A stretch of DNA of 63,555 nucleotides from an uncultured Eubacteriales bacterium (GCA_964580435.1 CAZOKP010000005.1:5613-69167); one strand, 5' to 3'. Shown: positions 28,166-37,152, numbered from the stretch's first letter. The notes: generated by a model not told the origin, from the letters alone. Program-made: numbers and translations.

Positions 28166-28675
28166 ATGAAAAAGTCCGTGATGTGCGGCGCTATTTTCTT
28201 CCTGGCGCTGGGTCTATTGTTCGGCCAAAGCGATGAAATCCTCAAACTCAAGGAAAAGATCATCGAGATGCAGAACGCCGGCGAGCTGGGATTCCGTAAT
28301 TTTGCCTTTTGCTCAAACATCATCGGGTTCGGCTCCTATGTCCCTCTTCCCAACCCGGTCTTGGACAAAAACGCAGACCTTTTAGTTTACTACGAACCCG
28401 TCAATGTTTTTACCAGCAAAAAAGAAGGACTCTACGAAATCTGGTATACCCAAGACATGGCCCTCCTTAATGACAAAGGAGAAGTCCTCCAGGAATGGCC
28501 TAACGCCCTCGACTTCCACTATACAGCCAGGGCTCCGGTCATGGACCTCTTTGCCCAGAACAACATCACTTTGGGAGGTCAGGTTCCGGCGGGGAAATAT
28601 AAATTCAAGGCGGTACTCAAAGATAAACTGAGCGGAAAGTCTGCGACTAAAGTCGCGGATTTTGAGGTCCGCTGA
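28166..28675 (+). CDS. Hypothetical exported protein
   Basis: AGGAGG RBS, signal peptide, beta-rich C-terminal domain. Confidence 0.7.
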   Translation: MKKSVMCGAIFFLALGLLFGQSDEILKLKEKIIEMQNAGELGFRNFAFCSNIIGFGSYVPLPNPVLDKNADLLVYYEPVNVFTSKKEGLYEIWYTQDMALLNDKGEVLQEWPNALDFHYTARAPVMDLFAQNNITLGGQVPAGKYKFKAVLKDKLSGKSATKVADFEVR

Positions 28676-29120
28676 TATTCTTCGGCAGGACGAAAGCGAG
28701 CCGGTCATAAAGGCGGAGGCCCTGCTTTTCTGCGCTTCCGCTTTTCAGCTCCAAGACGTACATAGCGGCAGCGCCCGGTACATAAGAGGGGCAAGGGTCG
28801 CTCGGGCAGGGCGGGACATTGGGCTCGAGGTGGACAACCCTTTTTTGGATGTCCAACCACAAGATATCAATAGAAAATCTCATGTTCTTCATCCAGAAGG
28901 AGTTGATCCCTTCCTCCTCGAAAAGAAATAGCATGCCCTGGTCGTCATTGAGTCTCTCCCGAAACATCAGCCCCTGCTGTCTTTGTTCATCAGTTATGGC
29001 GAGTTCGGCCGTTACGGCAAATCCATTTGGAAAATAGACCTTGACGAAGGCCTTTTTCCCGGCTTGGCCTGAGCAAAAGAGCAGGCACAGCGACAAAGTC
29101 AGAAGGTACCTTCTTTTCAT
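28647..29120 (-). CDS. DUF192 family protein
   Basis: QQGLMFRE, GMLFLF, FWMKNMRFSIDILWL, YVLEL. Confidence 0.88.
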   Translation of the reverse strand: MKRRYLLTLSLCLLFCSGQAGKKAFVKVYFPNGFAVTAELAITDEQRQQGLMFRERLNDDQGMLFLFEEEGINSFWMKNMRFSIDILWLDIQKRVVHLEPNVPPCPSDPCPSYVPGAAAMYVLELKSGSAEKQGLRLYDRLAFVLPKNISGPQNPRL

Positions 29121-29134
29121 TTCTCGTCTCCGTC

Positions 29135-29836
29135 TCAATGCATTGAAATCAGGGGCACAAAACGAACCGGCAGAAGCTTCTTCTTCTTGAAATGCTCCTT
29201 TTCCCGGACGACGACAACCAACTCCTGAAACCCCTCCCCGACCGGAATGATCATTCTGCCGGCAGAGCAGAGTTGTTCCCGCAATTTTTTCGGCACCGCA
29301 GGCGCCGCCGCAGTCACCATGATCGCATCATAGGGAGCGTTGTCTTGCCAGCCAAAGGTCCCATCTCCGATCTTAAAATGGATGTTAGCATACCCAAGCT
29401 TCTGCAACAGTTCCTGGGCTCTTGACGAGAGCGTGCTGATAACCTCAATGGTATAGACCTGCTTGACGATTTCGGCCAGCACGGCTGTTTGATAGCCAGA
29501 GCCTGTTCCCACCTCCAAGACCGTTTCCCCGCCCTTGAGATCGAGCGCTTCTGTCATATAGGCCACGATATATGGCTGAGAAATCGTCTGTCCTTCGCCG
29601 ATAGGAAGCGGTTCATCGGCATAAGCATAGGGCTTGAGCTCATCGGGAACGAAAAAATGCCGCGGGACCTTCCTCAGGGCCCGGAGGACCTTTTCGTCCT
29701 TGACTCCGCGGGCCTGGATCTGAAGGTTGACCATGCTCTCTCTTGGCCCGGCGAATCCGTTGTCGTTCTCTAACAAGAAAGTCCCCGAATCTATAAGGCT
29801 TGCGGGTTCATCAGTAGGCTCTGGCAAAGAAGACAA
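29135..29836 (-). CDS. pcm: Protein-L-isoaspartate O-methyltransferase (start codon uncertain, may be about 29770-29734)
   Basis: VPRHFF, GQTISQPY, VLEVGTGSGYQ, APYDAIMVTAA, VRFVPL. Confidence 0.95.
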   Translation of the reverse strand: MSSLPEPTDEPASLIDSGTFLLENDNGFAGPRESMVNLQIQARGVKDEKVLRALRKVPRHFFVPDELKPYAYADEPLPIGEGQTISQPYIVAYMTEALDLKGGETVLEVGTGSGYQTAVLAEIVKQVYTIEVISTLSSRAQELLQKLGYANIHFKIGDGTFGWQDNAPYDAIMVTAAAPAVPKKLREQLCSAGRMIIPVGEGFQELVVVVREKEHFKKKKLLPVRFVPLISMH

Positions 29837-31265
29837 GTTCCTTGGCTTCTTTCTGGCAGGAGATGCATTTTCCAGAAGGTTCTTTGTTCTCCTGGTTCAG
29901 CGGAATAACCCGGATGGTGGCCATGGTCTCTTCCTTGATCTTGTCTTCGCAGGACGCGTCCCCGCACCACCAACTCTTTAGAAAGCCTCTTTTCGACTCG
30001 ATCACTTTTTTGAACTCTTGATAATCCTCGACGGCGTGCGTGTTTTCGAGTTTAAATTTCAGAGCCTGTTCGAAGAGGGATACTTGAATATCCTTGAGTG
30101 TCTGGGGAATCCGCTGGACGAGATTGTCCAGGCCGACAAAGTCCTTTCTTTTGATGTCCCTTCTGACCAGCACAGCGCGGTTTTCCTGGATGTCTTTCGG
30201 ACCGATCTCCAGACGAAGAGGAACGCCCCGCATCTCCCACTCGGAAAATTTCCATCCGGGAGTGAATTCTTCCCTGGCATCAAGCCTGACACGAAGTCCG
30301 CTTTGCCCGAGATCTTTCTCTATCTGCAGCGCTACAGGCAGAATGGTTTCTTTCCAATTGCCGATGGATATGGGAACAATCACGACCTGCACGGGCGCGA
30401 CCTGAGGAGGGAGCCTCAACCCGGAGTCATCTCCATGCATCATCACCAAAGCCCCGATCAATCGCGTCGAGACCCCCCATGAGGTCTGCCAGACATACTG
30501 GAGGTTCTGGTCTCTGTCCTCATAGCGGATGTCAAAGACTTTGGAAAAATGCTGGCCGAGGTTATGGGATGTTCCCATCTGCAGGGCTTTCCCGTCCGAC
30601 ATCAGAGCCTCGATCGCATAGGTTTCCAAGGCACCGGCAAATTTTTGGCTCAGGGTTTTCCGTCCTTCGATCACGGGAATAGCCAGCTCCGTTTCGACAA
30701 ATTCCTTGTACAGGTAGAGGATTTTGATGGTCTCTTCCTGAGCTTCCTCAAAGGTCTCGTGAGCCGTATGTCCCTCCTGCCAAAGGAATTCGGTTGTCCT
30801 TAGGAACGGACGAGTTACTTTTTCCCAGCGAACGATGTTGGCCCACTGGTTGATCAAAACAGGCAGATCCCGCCACGACTGGATCCACTTAGAATACATC
30901 GAGCCGATAATGGCCTCGGAAGTGGGCCGGACAGCCAGCCGTTCTTCGAGTTCTTCTGTCCCTCCGTGGGTAACCCAGGCCACTTCGGGCGCAAACCCCT
31001 CCAGGTGATCCATCTCCTTCTGGAACAGGCTTTCCGGGATGAAAAGAGGGAAATAGGCATTGACATGGCCGGTGTCCTTGATCCGCTTGTCCATCAGCCG
31101 CTGGAGGTTCTCCCAAATCGAGTAGCCATAGGGACGGATGATCATCATGCCCTTCATCGGGGCATAATCCGCCATCTCCGTTTTACGGATGATCTCCACA
31201 TACCATTTGGAAAAATCCTCGCTCTTGGGAGTGATCTGCTTGACAAAACGTTCGTCTTTGATCAC
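29811..31265 (-). CDS. proS: Proline--tRNA ligase, archaeal/eukaryote-like type without insertion editing domain
   Basis: IRPYG, VRPTSE, RPFLRTTEFLWQEGHT, QTSWGVSTR, C-terminal FARAY; 484 aa. Confidence 0.96.
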   Translation of the reverse strand: MIKDERFVKQITPKSEDFSKWYVEIIRKTEMADYAPMKGMMIIRPYGYSIWENLQRLMDKRIKDTGHVNAYFPLFIPESLFQKEMDHLEGFAPEVAWVTHGGTEELEERLAVRPTSEAIIGSMYSKWIQSWRDLPVLINQWANIVRWEKVTRPFLRTTEFLWQEGHTAHETFEEAQEETIKILYLYKEFVETELAIPVIEGRKTLSQKFAGALETYAIEALMSDGKALQMGTSHNLGQHFSKVFDIRYEDRDQNLQYVWQTSWGVSTRLIGALVMMHGDDSGLRLPPQVAPVQVVIVPISIGNWKETILPVALQIEKDLGQSGLRVRLDAREEFTPGWKFSEWEMRGVPLRLEIGPKDIQENRAVLVRRDIKRKDFVGLDNLVQRIPQTLKDIQVSLFEQALKFKLENTHAVEDYQEFKKVIESKRGFLKSWWCGDASCEDKIKEETMATIRVIPLNQENKEPSGKCISCQKEAKELVFFARAY

Positions 31266-31295
31266 GGAAGTCTCCGCTCTCTTGAGTATTGGCTC

Positions 31296-31324
31296 ATTCT
31301 ATCCGCGCCCCTCATTTTTGTCAA
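31296..31324 (-). promoter_or_regulatory. Sigma-70 promoter of proS, TTGACA-N17-TAGAAT
   Basis: Near-consensus with 17-bp spacer on the minus strand. Confidence 0.75.
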
Positions 31325-31408
31325 GGAACGCTCCGACCCAACCGCGCCTCTCAAGGCTAGTTCTCCACGGTGATGGGCCAATGAAAAAGAACTAAAAATT
31401 CGCCCCAG

Positions 31409-31447
31409 GAAATTCACCCCTGATTTCATCCAAAAGGGTGATTGACC
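31409..31447 (+). promoter_or_regulatory. Copy 1 of a 39-bp shared upstream element (palindrome TCATCC-AAAA-GGGTGA abutting a TTGACC -35)
   Basis: GAAATTCACCCCTGATTTCATCCAAAAGGGTGATTGACC; 35/39 identical to 48443-48481; candidate -10 CATCGT at 31465-31470 (17-bp spacer). Confidence 0.8.
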
Positions 31448-31500
31448 CATGAAAAAGGCCGTGGCATCGTAGGCTCTACACAAAGGAAAAGGAAGCGAAT

Positions 31501-31860
31501 ATGCGATCGAAATCCTCGCTCTTTCATCTGGACAAAGCAGAGAGGAAGGGCCAGGCCTTCAACCTTCCTCTCCCGACGGTCGTAGAAGGGCAAGATGCCG
31601 CGGGAAAGACATTCCAGGAAAAAACCGTGCTCTTCTATATCAGCCATAAGGGCGCTTCATTCAATCTGCCGAACGCCATCGCTCTTGGGTCCAAGCTGAA
31701 GCTGATCATCGACCTGCCCCCAGCATTGGCCGAAGATAAGAACCTGAAGCTCGTCATCAAGGGCAAAGTGGCTCTCGTGGAGGCTAATCATTCGCACCCC
31801 TCCAGACAGCGGGTCTCTCTGAGGTTTGAAAGCAAGTATTTTATCAAAGCGGACGATTGA
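31501..31860 (+). CDS. PilZ-like domain protein (degenerate motifs)
   Basis: Paralog of 33301 (FNLPLPTVVEG...GSKLKLIIDLP); RxxxR absent, YISHKG replaces NxSxxG. Confidence 0.7.
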   Translation: MRSKSSLFHLDKAERKGQAFNLPLPTVVEGQDAAGKTFQEKTVLFYISHKGASFNLPNAIALGSKLKLIIDLPPALAEDKNLKLVIKGKVALVEANHSHPSRQRVSLRFESKYFIKADD

Positions 31861-31980
31861 GGCCCCCCTGTCCTCAGTCGAAGGAAATGGATAGGCCTCT
31901 TGCCGGCGCGTTCAAGATCATCAAGACCGCGCCCAGAGGCAGGATGAAGCCAAGTTGCCTAATCTCTGTGGATGATAAGA

Positions 31981-32451
31981 ATGTCAAAAAAATCACCCTC
32001 TGATTCATCCCCAAGAGCGATTGAACTCAGAGAAGAAGCCGACGAAAATTGGTCTGCGGAAATGAACGAAAAGGAAGAACTCTCCAAACCCTCCACCCAT
32101 GGCGCGGCCAGAGCCGGGAAGAGAGAGCGCGCCTTCGAGCTCTCTCTCCCAGCTTTGGTTACGGGCGTGGATGCCCTGGAAAACAAGTTCAGGGAAAAAA
32201 CCCAAGTCTTGTCCATAAGCTCGGAAGAGGCTACGGTCTGGCTCAAGTCAAGAGTTATGCTGGGGTCTAAGCTGGACTTGGCCCTAGACATCCCCAAGAC
32301 GCTGATCCTGGAGAATCATTTCAAGCTTCGCCTCTCCGGCACGGTCATTCTCATGCAAAATGACTCGGCACGGGCTGGCAAAAAGCAGCTTGTATCCGTG
32401 CGGCTGGACAAAAAATTCCGCCTGCTTCCGATTCCTCCCTCGATCAATTAA
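31981..32451 (+). CDS. PilZ-like domain protein (degenerate motifs)
   Basis: FELSLPALVTG...GSKLDLALDIP; SISSEE replaces NxSxxG; start could be 31972, 31981 or later. Confidence 0.65.
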   Translation: MSKKSPSDSSPRAIELREEADENWSAEMNEKEELSKPSTHGAARAGKRERAFELSLPALVTGVDALENKFREKTQVLSISSEEATVWLKSRVMLGSKLDLALDIPKTLILENHFKLRLSGTVILMQNDSARAGKKQLVSVRLDKKFRLLPIPPSIN

Positions 32452-32488
32452 TAGACATCTCTCTTCCCGTCTTTGGGCAATTATTTCC

Positions 32489-32517
32489 TTGACAAGAATT
32501 CATCGATTTAATAGAAT
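32489..32517 (+). promoter_or_regulatory. Sigma-70 promoter of the LuxR-type regulator, TTGACA-N17-TAGAAT
   Basis: Near-consensus sequence and spacing. Confidence 0.75.
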
Positions 32518-32586
32518 TTTGCCTACCGGAGAATTGATATACCTCTTTGGCTCAGGGGTTAAGAAAGACCAAAGAGGGAGAGAACT

Positions 32587-33273
32587 ATGAATAAAAAACC
32601 AATAACCACGGAAGAAAAAAGAATCAAAATCCTCATTTTCTGTCCCTCTGAAATCATCCTCTCGGGCATCCTCAGAGCTCTGGAAGTGGACGCGGGGATT
32701 GAGATCACGAATGTAGAAAAGAATACGATCGAAACGTTCATGGATTCGATCAAAAAACTCAGGCCGCACGTCATCCTCTTTGCCAACACGGAGCCCCTGC
32801 CCAATATGAGGGAAATCTGCAAGGCGATCAAGGAGATCTCCAAGCTCCAGAGCAAATCCCAGTTGCTGATCCTGGGCAGTATTCCCTCCCATGAAGAAAT
32901 CGTCGGGCTCATCAATGCTGGCGCCCGGGGATATTTCGACCTCACCGACCCGTCCAGTCAACTCTCCGAAGCGATCCGCGTTATCCACAAAGGAGAAATC
33001 TGGCTTCCCCGGGACAAGATGAGCAGCATCATGGACCGGATCATCTCCGTGGTCGGAAGAGACCTCAAGGAAAAAACTCTGGACCAGCTAACCCCCACCG
33101 AATTCCAGGTCCTCAGGCTGATCGGGCAGGGCAAGAGCAACGATGAAATCGCCGAGATCCTTTTTATCAGTAAAAACACGGTCCGGTCTCATATCAAGAG
33201 CATCTATGCCAAGCTCGATACCCACAGCCGGTTGCAGCTGGCCCTTTATGCCATTAATTCTGCCCTATTTTAA
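32587..33273 (+). CDS. LuxR/NarL-family regulator with atypical (pseudo-)receiver domain, VpsT/CsgD-like
   Basis: HTH LTPTEFQVLRLIGQGKSNDEIA...TVRSHIKSIYAKL; receiver lacks acidic pocket, phospho-Asp and Lys; linker GEIWLPR. Confidence 0.85.
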   Translation: MNKKPITTEEKRIKILIFCPSEIILSGILRALEVDAGIEITNVEKNTIETFMDSIKKLRPHVILFANTEPLPNMREICKAIKEISKLQSKSQLLILGSIPSHEEIVGLINAGARGYFDLTDPSSQLSEAIRVIHKGEIWLPRDKMSSIMDRIISVVGRDLKEKTLDQLTPTEFQVLRLIGQGKSNDEIAEILFISKNTVRSHIKSIYAKLDTHSRLQLALYAINSALF

Positions 33274-33300
33274 TGAAACCTAAAAAAATCAGAGGTTGAG

Positions 33301-33696
33301 ATGAAGAAAGTTCAAAAATCCAAAAAGAGAATTCCCCTGCCTGTGGTCCGGACCAATCGACGAAGGGAATGGCGCTTTGACTTGCCCCTCCCGACGACCA
33401 TCGAGGGGAAACTCCCCCACGGAGAACAATTTAAAGAATTCACCACGCTCGAGAATATCAGCTCCACGGGAGCCTATTTCTGCCTGGATTCCGGCGTCAT
33501 CGTCGGCTCGAAGCTCAACCTTATGATCGACCTTCCCCCGAAGCTAACGGGAGGCAAAGAGGTTAAGCTCCATCTTGGGGGAATCACCGTCCGCCTTGAA
33601 GAACCGGACAAGAAAGGCAAGAGGCAAGGCGTGGCCATCCGCTTCAGCAAAGATTTCAATTTTGTTGAATCCGAAAAAAAGAAGAAATCAAAGTAA
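33301..33696 (+). CDS. PilZ domain protein (canonical c-di-GMP motifs)
   Basis: RREWR (RxxxR) and NISSTG (NxSxxG). Confidence 0.8.
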   Translation: MKKVQKSKKRIPLPVVRTNRRREWRFDLPLPTTIEGKLPHGEQFKEFTTLENISSTGAYFCLDSGVIVGSKLNLMIDLPPKLTGGKEVKLHLGGITVRLEEPDKKGKRQGVAIRFSKDFNFVESEKKKKSK

Positions 33697-33793
33697 TTTT
33701 CCGGTTCAGACCCGTCAGCCCGGATCTCATTCCTCAAGAATTGGCGAGTCTGGGCAGCGATGACATCATTCTGAAGAGCAGGCCGACCCCATC

Positions 33794-34423
33794 ATGAGCA
33801 TTTTGACCGTCGCGCTCACGGGAGGGATTGCGACAGGCAAGTCCGTCGTCGCCCGGATGCTAAAACTGCGCGCTTGCTATATCCACTCTGCCGATCGAGT
33901 CGCCCGCGACCTGATGAAACCCCGCCTCCCGGCCTGGATAAAAATAGTCTCTCACTTCGGCCCGGAGGTCCTGAATCCCGACCAAACAATTGATCGCTCC
34001 AAACTGGGTGTCATCATCTTCTCAAATAAAAAAGAGCGGCAGTTTCTCAACAGCCTCATTCACCCTCTCGTCCTGGAAAAGAAAATGGAGGCAATTCGGC
34101 GACTGGAGAAAAAAGGCCGCTACAAGATATTTGTGTCCGAGGCGGCTTTAACCGTCGAATCCGGGTTCGCCAGTTTCTTTGATAAAGTCATCGTTGTCCG
34201 CTGCGGAAAAGAGACGCAGATCCGGAGGCTGATGGGAAGGGATAAGATCAGCCGTGCCGAAGCCCTCAAGAAAATTCGTAGCCAGATGCCGCTGGAAGAA
34301 AAGCTGAAATATGCCGATTACGTGATCGACACATCCGGCACCTTGGACGAAACAGCCAGGCAGACGGAGGCTGTCTATCAAGGTCTTCTGTCCGATTACC
34401 GCAGGAAGTCGAAAACGTCCTAG
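33794..34423 (+). CDS. coaE: Dephospho-CoA kinase
   Basis: ALTGGIATGKS, ADRVAR, LNSLIHP, RSQMP, ADYVIDTSG. Confidence 0.95.
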   Translation: MSILTVALTGGIATGKSVVARMLKLRACYIHSADRVARDLMKPRLPAWIKIVSHFGPEVLNPDQTIDRSKLGVIIFSNKKERQFLNSLIHPLVLEKKMEAIRRLEKKGRYKIFVSEAALTVESGFASFFDKVIVVRCGKETQIRRLMGRDKISRAEALKKIRSQMPLEEKLKYADYVIDTSGTLDETARQTEAVYQGLLSDYRRKSKTS

Positions 34424-35364
34424 ACCAGCAGGGCGGCGGCCAAAAGGGGAATCATGATTTCGTGATGCCCGATAAAGTAAAACCCCTTCCCTTTTTTGCC
34501 CACGGGTCTCTGGACGACGTTTTGAGACGGACGATAGTGATGGATGAAATCAAAAACCGCGGTGGAAAAATCGTCCAGAGCCTTGCCCCTGTTTCTGACG
34601 AAGGATACCGCTTTGAGGAAGACTTCGGGCAGGATGACGGCTGAGCCGACGTTGATGAAGACTCCTCCTCCTTCAAGGCTTTCCACGAGAGAGCAGAAGA
34701 GAAAAAAATCAGCCAAGGATGTTTTTCCGATGGCCTCGCCGCTTGCTTCCGGATGGAAGTGGATCGTGTCTGTCCCCACAGCCACATGGACGCTGACGGG
34801 AATGCCAAGATCGGATGAAGCCGCCAGGAGGCTCAGGTGTTTATAAGGAAAGCGCGAGGCGGCAATCATTCTGCCGACTGCATCTCCCAACCCGATCCCC
34901 TGCTTGGCGCCCGCCCTTATGGCCCTGTTTAAAAGTTCCCCGGTTTCCTTGGCCATACCAAACGTCCCGTCTTTGACCCCGGAAGCGACATCCTCTGAAG
35001 TCCGGCCGGCAAAGGCGATTTCGAAGTCATGAATGATGCCGGCTCCATTCAGGGCCAGCCCGGTGACCCAGCCCTCTCTCATCAGCTGGATGATCACCGG
35101 GCTCAAACCCACCTTGATCACATGGGCGCCCAGGGCAAAAAGGATGGCTCTTTTTTTCGACTTGGCCGCCCGGACGAGAGAAATAAATTCTTTGAAATCC
35201 CTGGCGGCCAAAATGTTGGGAAGGCTGCCAAGAAATCCCTCCAGGCCGCTCGAGGGCGAATAATCCTTGGCGAAGTCTTTGACCTCGACTTTGCTCTTTC
35301 TCGCAAGGAGTGAATGGGTCCTCAATCCCGCCGAAGAGCGCTTCTGGGATGGTTTGTTCTTCAT
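34420..35364 (-). CDS. Conserved hypothetical protein, deoxyhypusine-synthase-like fold
   Basis: LGAHVIK, LNGAGIIHD, HVAVGTD, NVGSAVILPEVF resemble DHS-like NAD-binding segments. Confidence 0.55.
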   Translation of the reverse strand: MKNKPSQKRSSAGLRTHSLLARKSKVEVKDFAKDYSPSSGLEGFLGSLPNILAARDFKEFISLVRAAKSKKRAILFALGAHVIKVGLSPVIIQLMREGWVTGLALNGAGIIHDFEIAFAGRTSEDVASGVKDGTFGMAKETGELLNRAIRAGAKQGIGLGDAVGRMIAASRFPYKHLSLLAASSDLGIPVSVHVAVGTDTIHFHPEASGEAIGKTSLADFFLFCSLVESLEGGGVFINVGSAVILPEVFLKAVSFVRNRGKALDDFSTAVFDFIHHYRPSQNVVQRPVGKKGKGFYFIGHHEIMIPLLAAALLV

Positions 35365-35459
35365 GGCTGAATCTCCCCTGTCTCGAGAATCCGAGGATGT
35401 CCTCTCCTGCGTTTGCCGGAGAGTGGGTCGACGAGGTTATGCGCGAGGATCACTCGGGT

Positions 35460-35738
35460 TTATTTTTTGACCAGGGTGTTCTTCAGGTCTTGGCCGGAAC
35501 GGAACTTGATCCGTTTTCCCTTTTCTATCTTGATCTGTCTTTTCCGGCGGATATCCCGACCGAAGCCCGTTTTCTTGTTGACGACCTTGAAGCTCCCAAA
35601 TCCCCTGATCTCGATCTTCTGATTCTTGGTCAAGGCCTCTTTTAAGGCCGCCAATATGGATTCGACGATTAACAATGATTTGGCCCTGTTGAATTCCGAA
35701 TTCTTCTCAATAGCAAGGGCAATATCATTCTTAATCAT
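35460..35738 (-). CDS. HU/IHF family DNA-binding protein
   Basis: IEIRGFGSFKV, GRDIR arm, IKFRSG. Confidence 0.92.
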   Translation of the reverse strand: MIKNDIALAIEKNSEFNRAKSLLIVESILAALKEALTKNQKIEIRGFGSFKVVNKKTGFGRDIRRKRQIKIEKGKRIKFRSGQDLKNTLVKK

Positions 35739-35811
35739 GTGAATCTCCTCTGATCCGGTCGGACGATAGATAATAATTAATGAATCACAAATAAAAAGTC
35801 AAGACGTATTA

Positions 35812-35840
35812 TTGACTTGATTTTCTCGAGTTCATATAAT
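35812..35840 (+). promoter_or_regulatory. Sigma-70 promoter TTGACT-N17-TATAAT
   Basis: Near-consensus; -10 ends 9 nt before the nfeD ATG. Confidence 0.8.
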
Positions 35841-35849
35841 GAGAACACG

Positions 35850-37127
35850 ATGAAAAAAAATTCCCTTCTTCTCTTTTGCTTTGTTCTTTTGTCGCTCCAG
35901 GTCAACGCCGCGATTCTAAAAATTACGGTCGACGCTCCCATCCATCCCATCTCTTCTGAGTACATTATCAAGAGCATCGAACACGCGGAGAAAGAAAACG
36001 CCGGTTTGATCATCCTGGTCCTGAATACGCCGGGAGGTCTGGATTCCTCGATGCGGGAGATCATCGCGAAAATTCTCGTCTCCAAAGTGCCGCTGGCCAC
36101 TTACGTGAGCCCGAGCGGCGCTCGGGCCGCCTCGGCCGGTTTTTATATCGCCATCGCTAGCGATCTTTTCGTGATGGCTCCAGGGACTAGCACGGGGGCC
36201 GCCCATCCGGTCGGGGTTTCCCTCACCGGCCAAGGAATGGACAAGACCATGGAGGAGAAAGTCACCAATGACGCGGCTGCCTATATCAAAACCCTGGCTG
36301 AAAAAAGGGGAAGGTCCGTCCAGCCGTCGGAAGACGCTGTCAGGAAAAGCCTCTCTTATACAGAAAAGGAAGCCTTCGAGCTCGGGTTGATCGACCTCGT
36401 TGCCAAGAACGAGCAGGAGATCATCGATCATTTTGACAATAAAATCATCAAGCGATTCAACGGCGAAGACCTGCTGTTGCATCTCAAGGACGAACCCATC
36501 ATTGAAATCCCGATGTCGACCAGGCAGAAGTTTCTTCTCACCATTTCCAACCCTAACCTGGCTTACATCCTGCTTATGCTCGGGCTTCTCGGCCTCTATT
36601 TTGAGTTTTCTAACCCCGGGGCCATTCTGCCCGGGGTTATGGGAGGCATCTGTCTGCTTCTGGCCATATTCTCTTTCCAGATTTTGCCCATCAATTATGT
36701 CGGGCTCCTGCTCATCCTGCTGGCTATCGGGTTGTTCATCTTGGAGGTCAAGGTCCATAGTTATGGAATTCTTTCCGTCGGAGGAATAGCGGCTATGGTC
36801 ATCGGGTCCATCATGCTTATCAATGCGCCTATTCCGGAGCTCAGGCCCAGCCTTAGATTCGTCATTCCTGTGGCCGTCAGCTTTGGGGTGGTCTTTTTGT
36901 TCCTCGTCTTCCTGGTGATCCGGGCCCACGCCAAAAAGGTCCAAACGGGGAAGGAAGGGCTCATCGGCGAAATCGGTGTCGCTGAGACCGACCTCAACCC
37001 GGAGGGGAAGGTCTTTGTCCATGGGGAGCTGTGGAATGCCGAAACGACTGGAGAGATCCCCAGGGGCAGCCGAGTCAAGGTCATCCAGGTCTTGAACGGC
37101 CTTAAGATACGCGTGCAAAAAATCTGA
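35850..37127 (+). CDS. nfeD: NfeD family membrane-bound ClpP-class serine protease
   Basis: Signal peptide, LNTPGG, ARAASAG, TSTGAAHPV, TM region, C-terminal OB fold (GKVFVHGELWNA). Confidence 0.92.
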   Translation: MKKNSLLLFCFVLLSLQVNAAILKITVDAPIHPISSEYIIKSIEHAEKENAGLIILVLNTPGGLDSSMREIIAKILVSKVPLATYVSPSGARAASAGFYIAIASDLFVMAPGTSTGAAHPVGVSLTGQGMDKTMEEKVTNDAAAYIKTLAEKRGRSVQPSEDAVRKSLSYTEKEAFELGLIDLVAKNEQEIIDHFDNKIIKRFNGEDLLLHLKDEPIIEIPMSTRQKFLLTISNPNLAYILLMLGLLGLYFEFSNPGAILPGVMGGICLLLAIFSFQILPINYVGLLLILLAIGLFILEVKVHSYGILSVGGIAAMVIGSIMLINAPIPELRPSLRFVIPVAVSFGVVFLFLVFLVIRAHAKKVQTGKEGLIGEIGVAETDLNPEGKVFVHGELWNAETTGEIPRGSRVKVIQVLNGLKIRVQKI

Positions 37128-37152
37128 CTTGACATAGACTGAGGAGGTCAAA

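Noticed and set aside
31358-31373. Possible second palindromic box upstream of the PilZ cluster
   Set aside because: Only the right half-site (CGGTGA) matches and the spacing differs from the 48.4-kb locus
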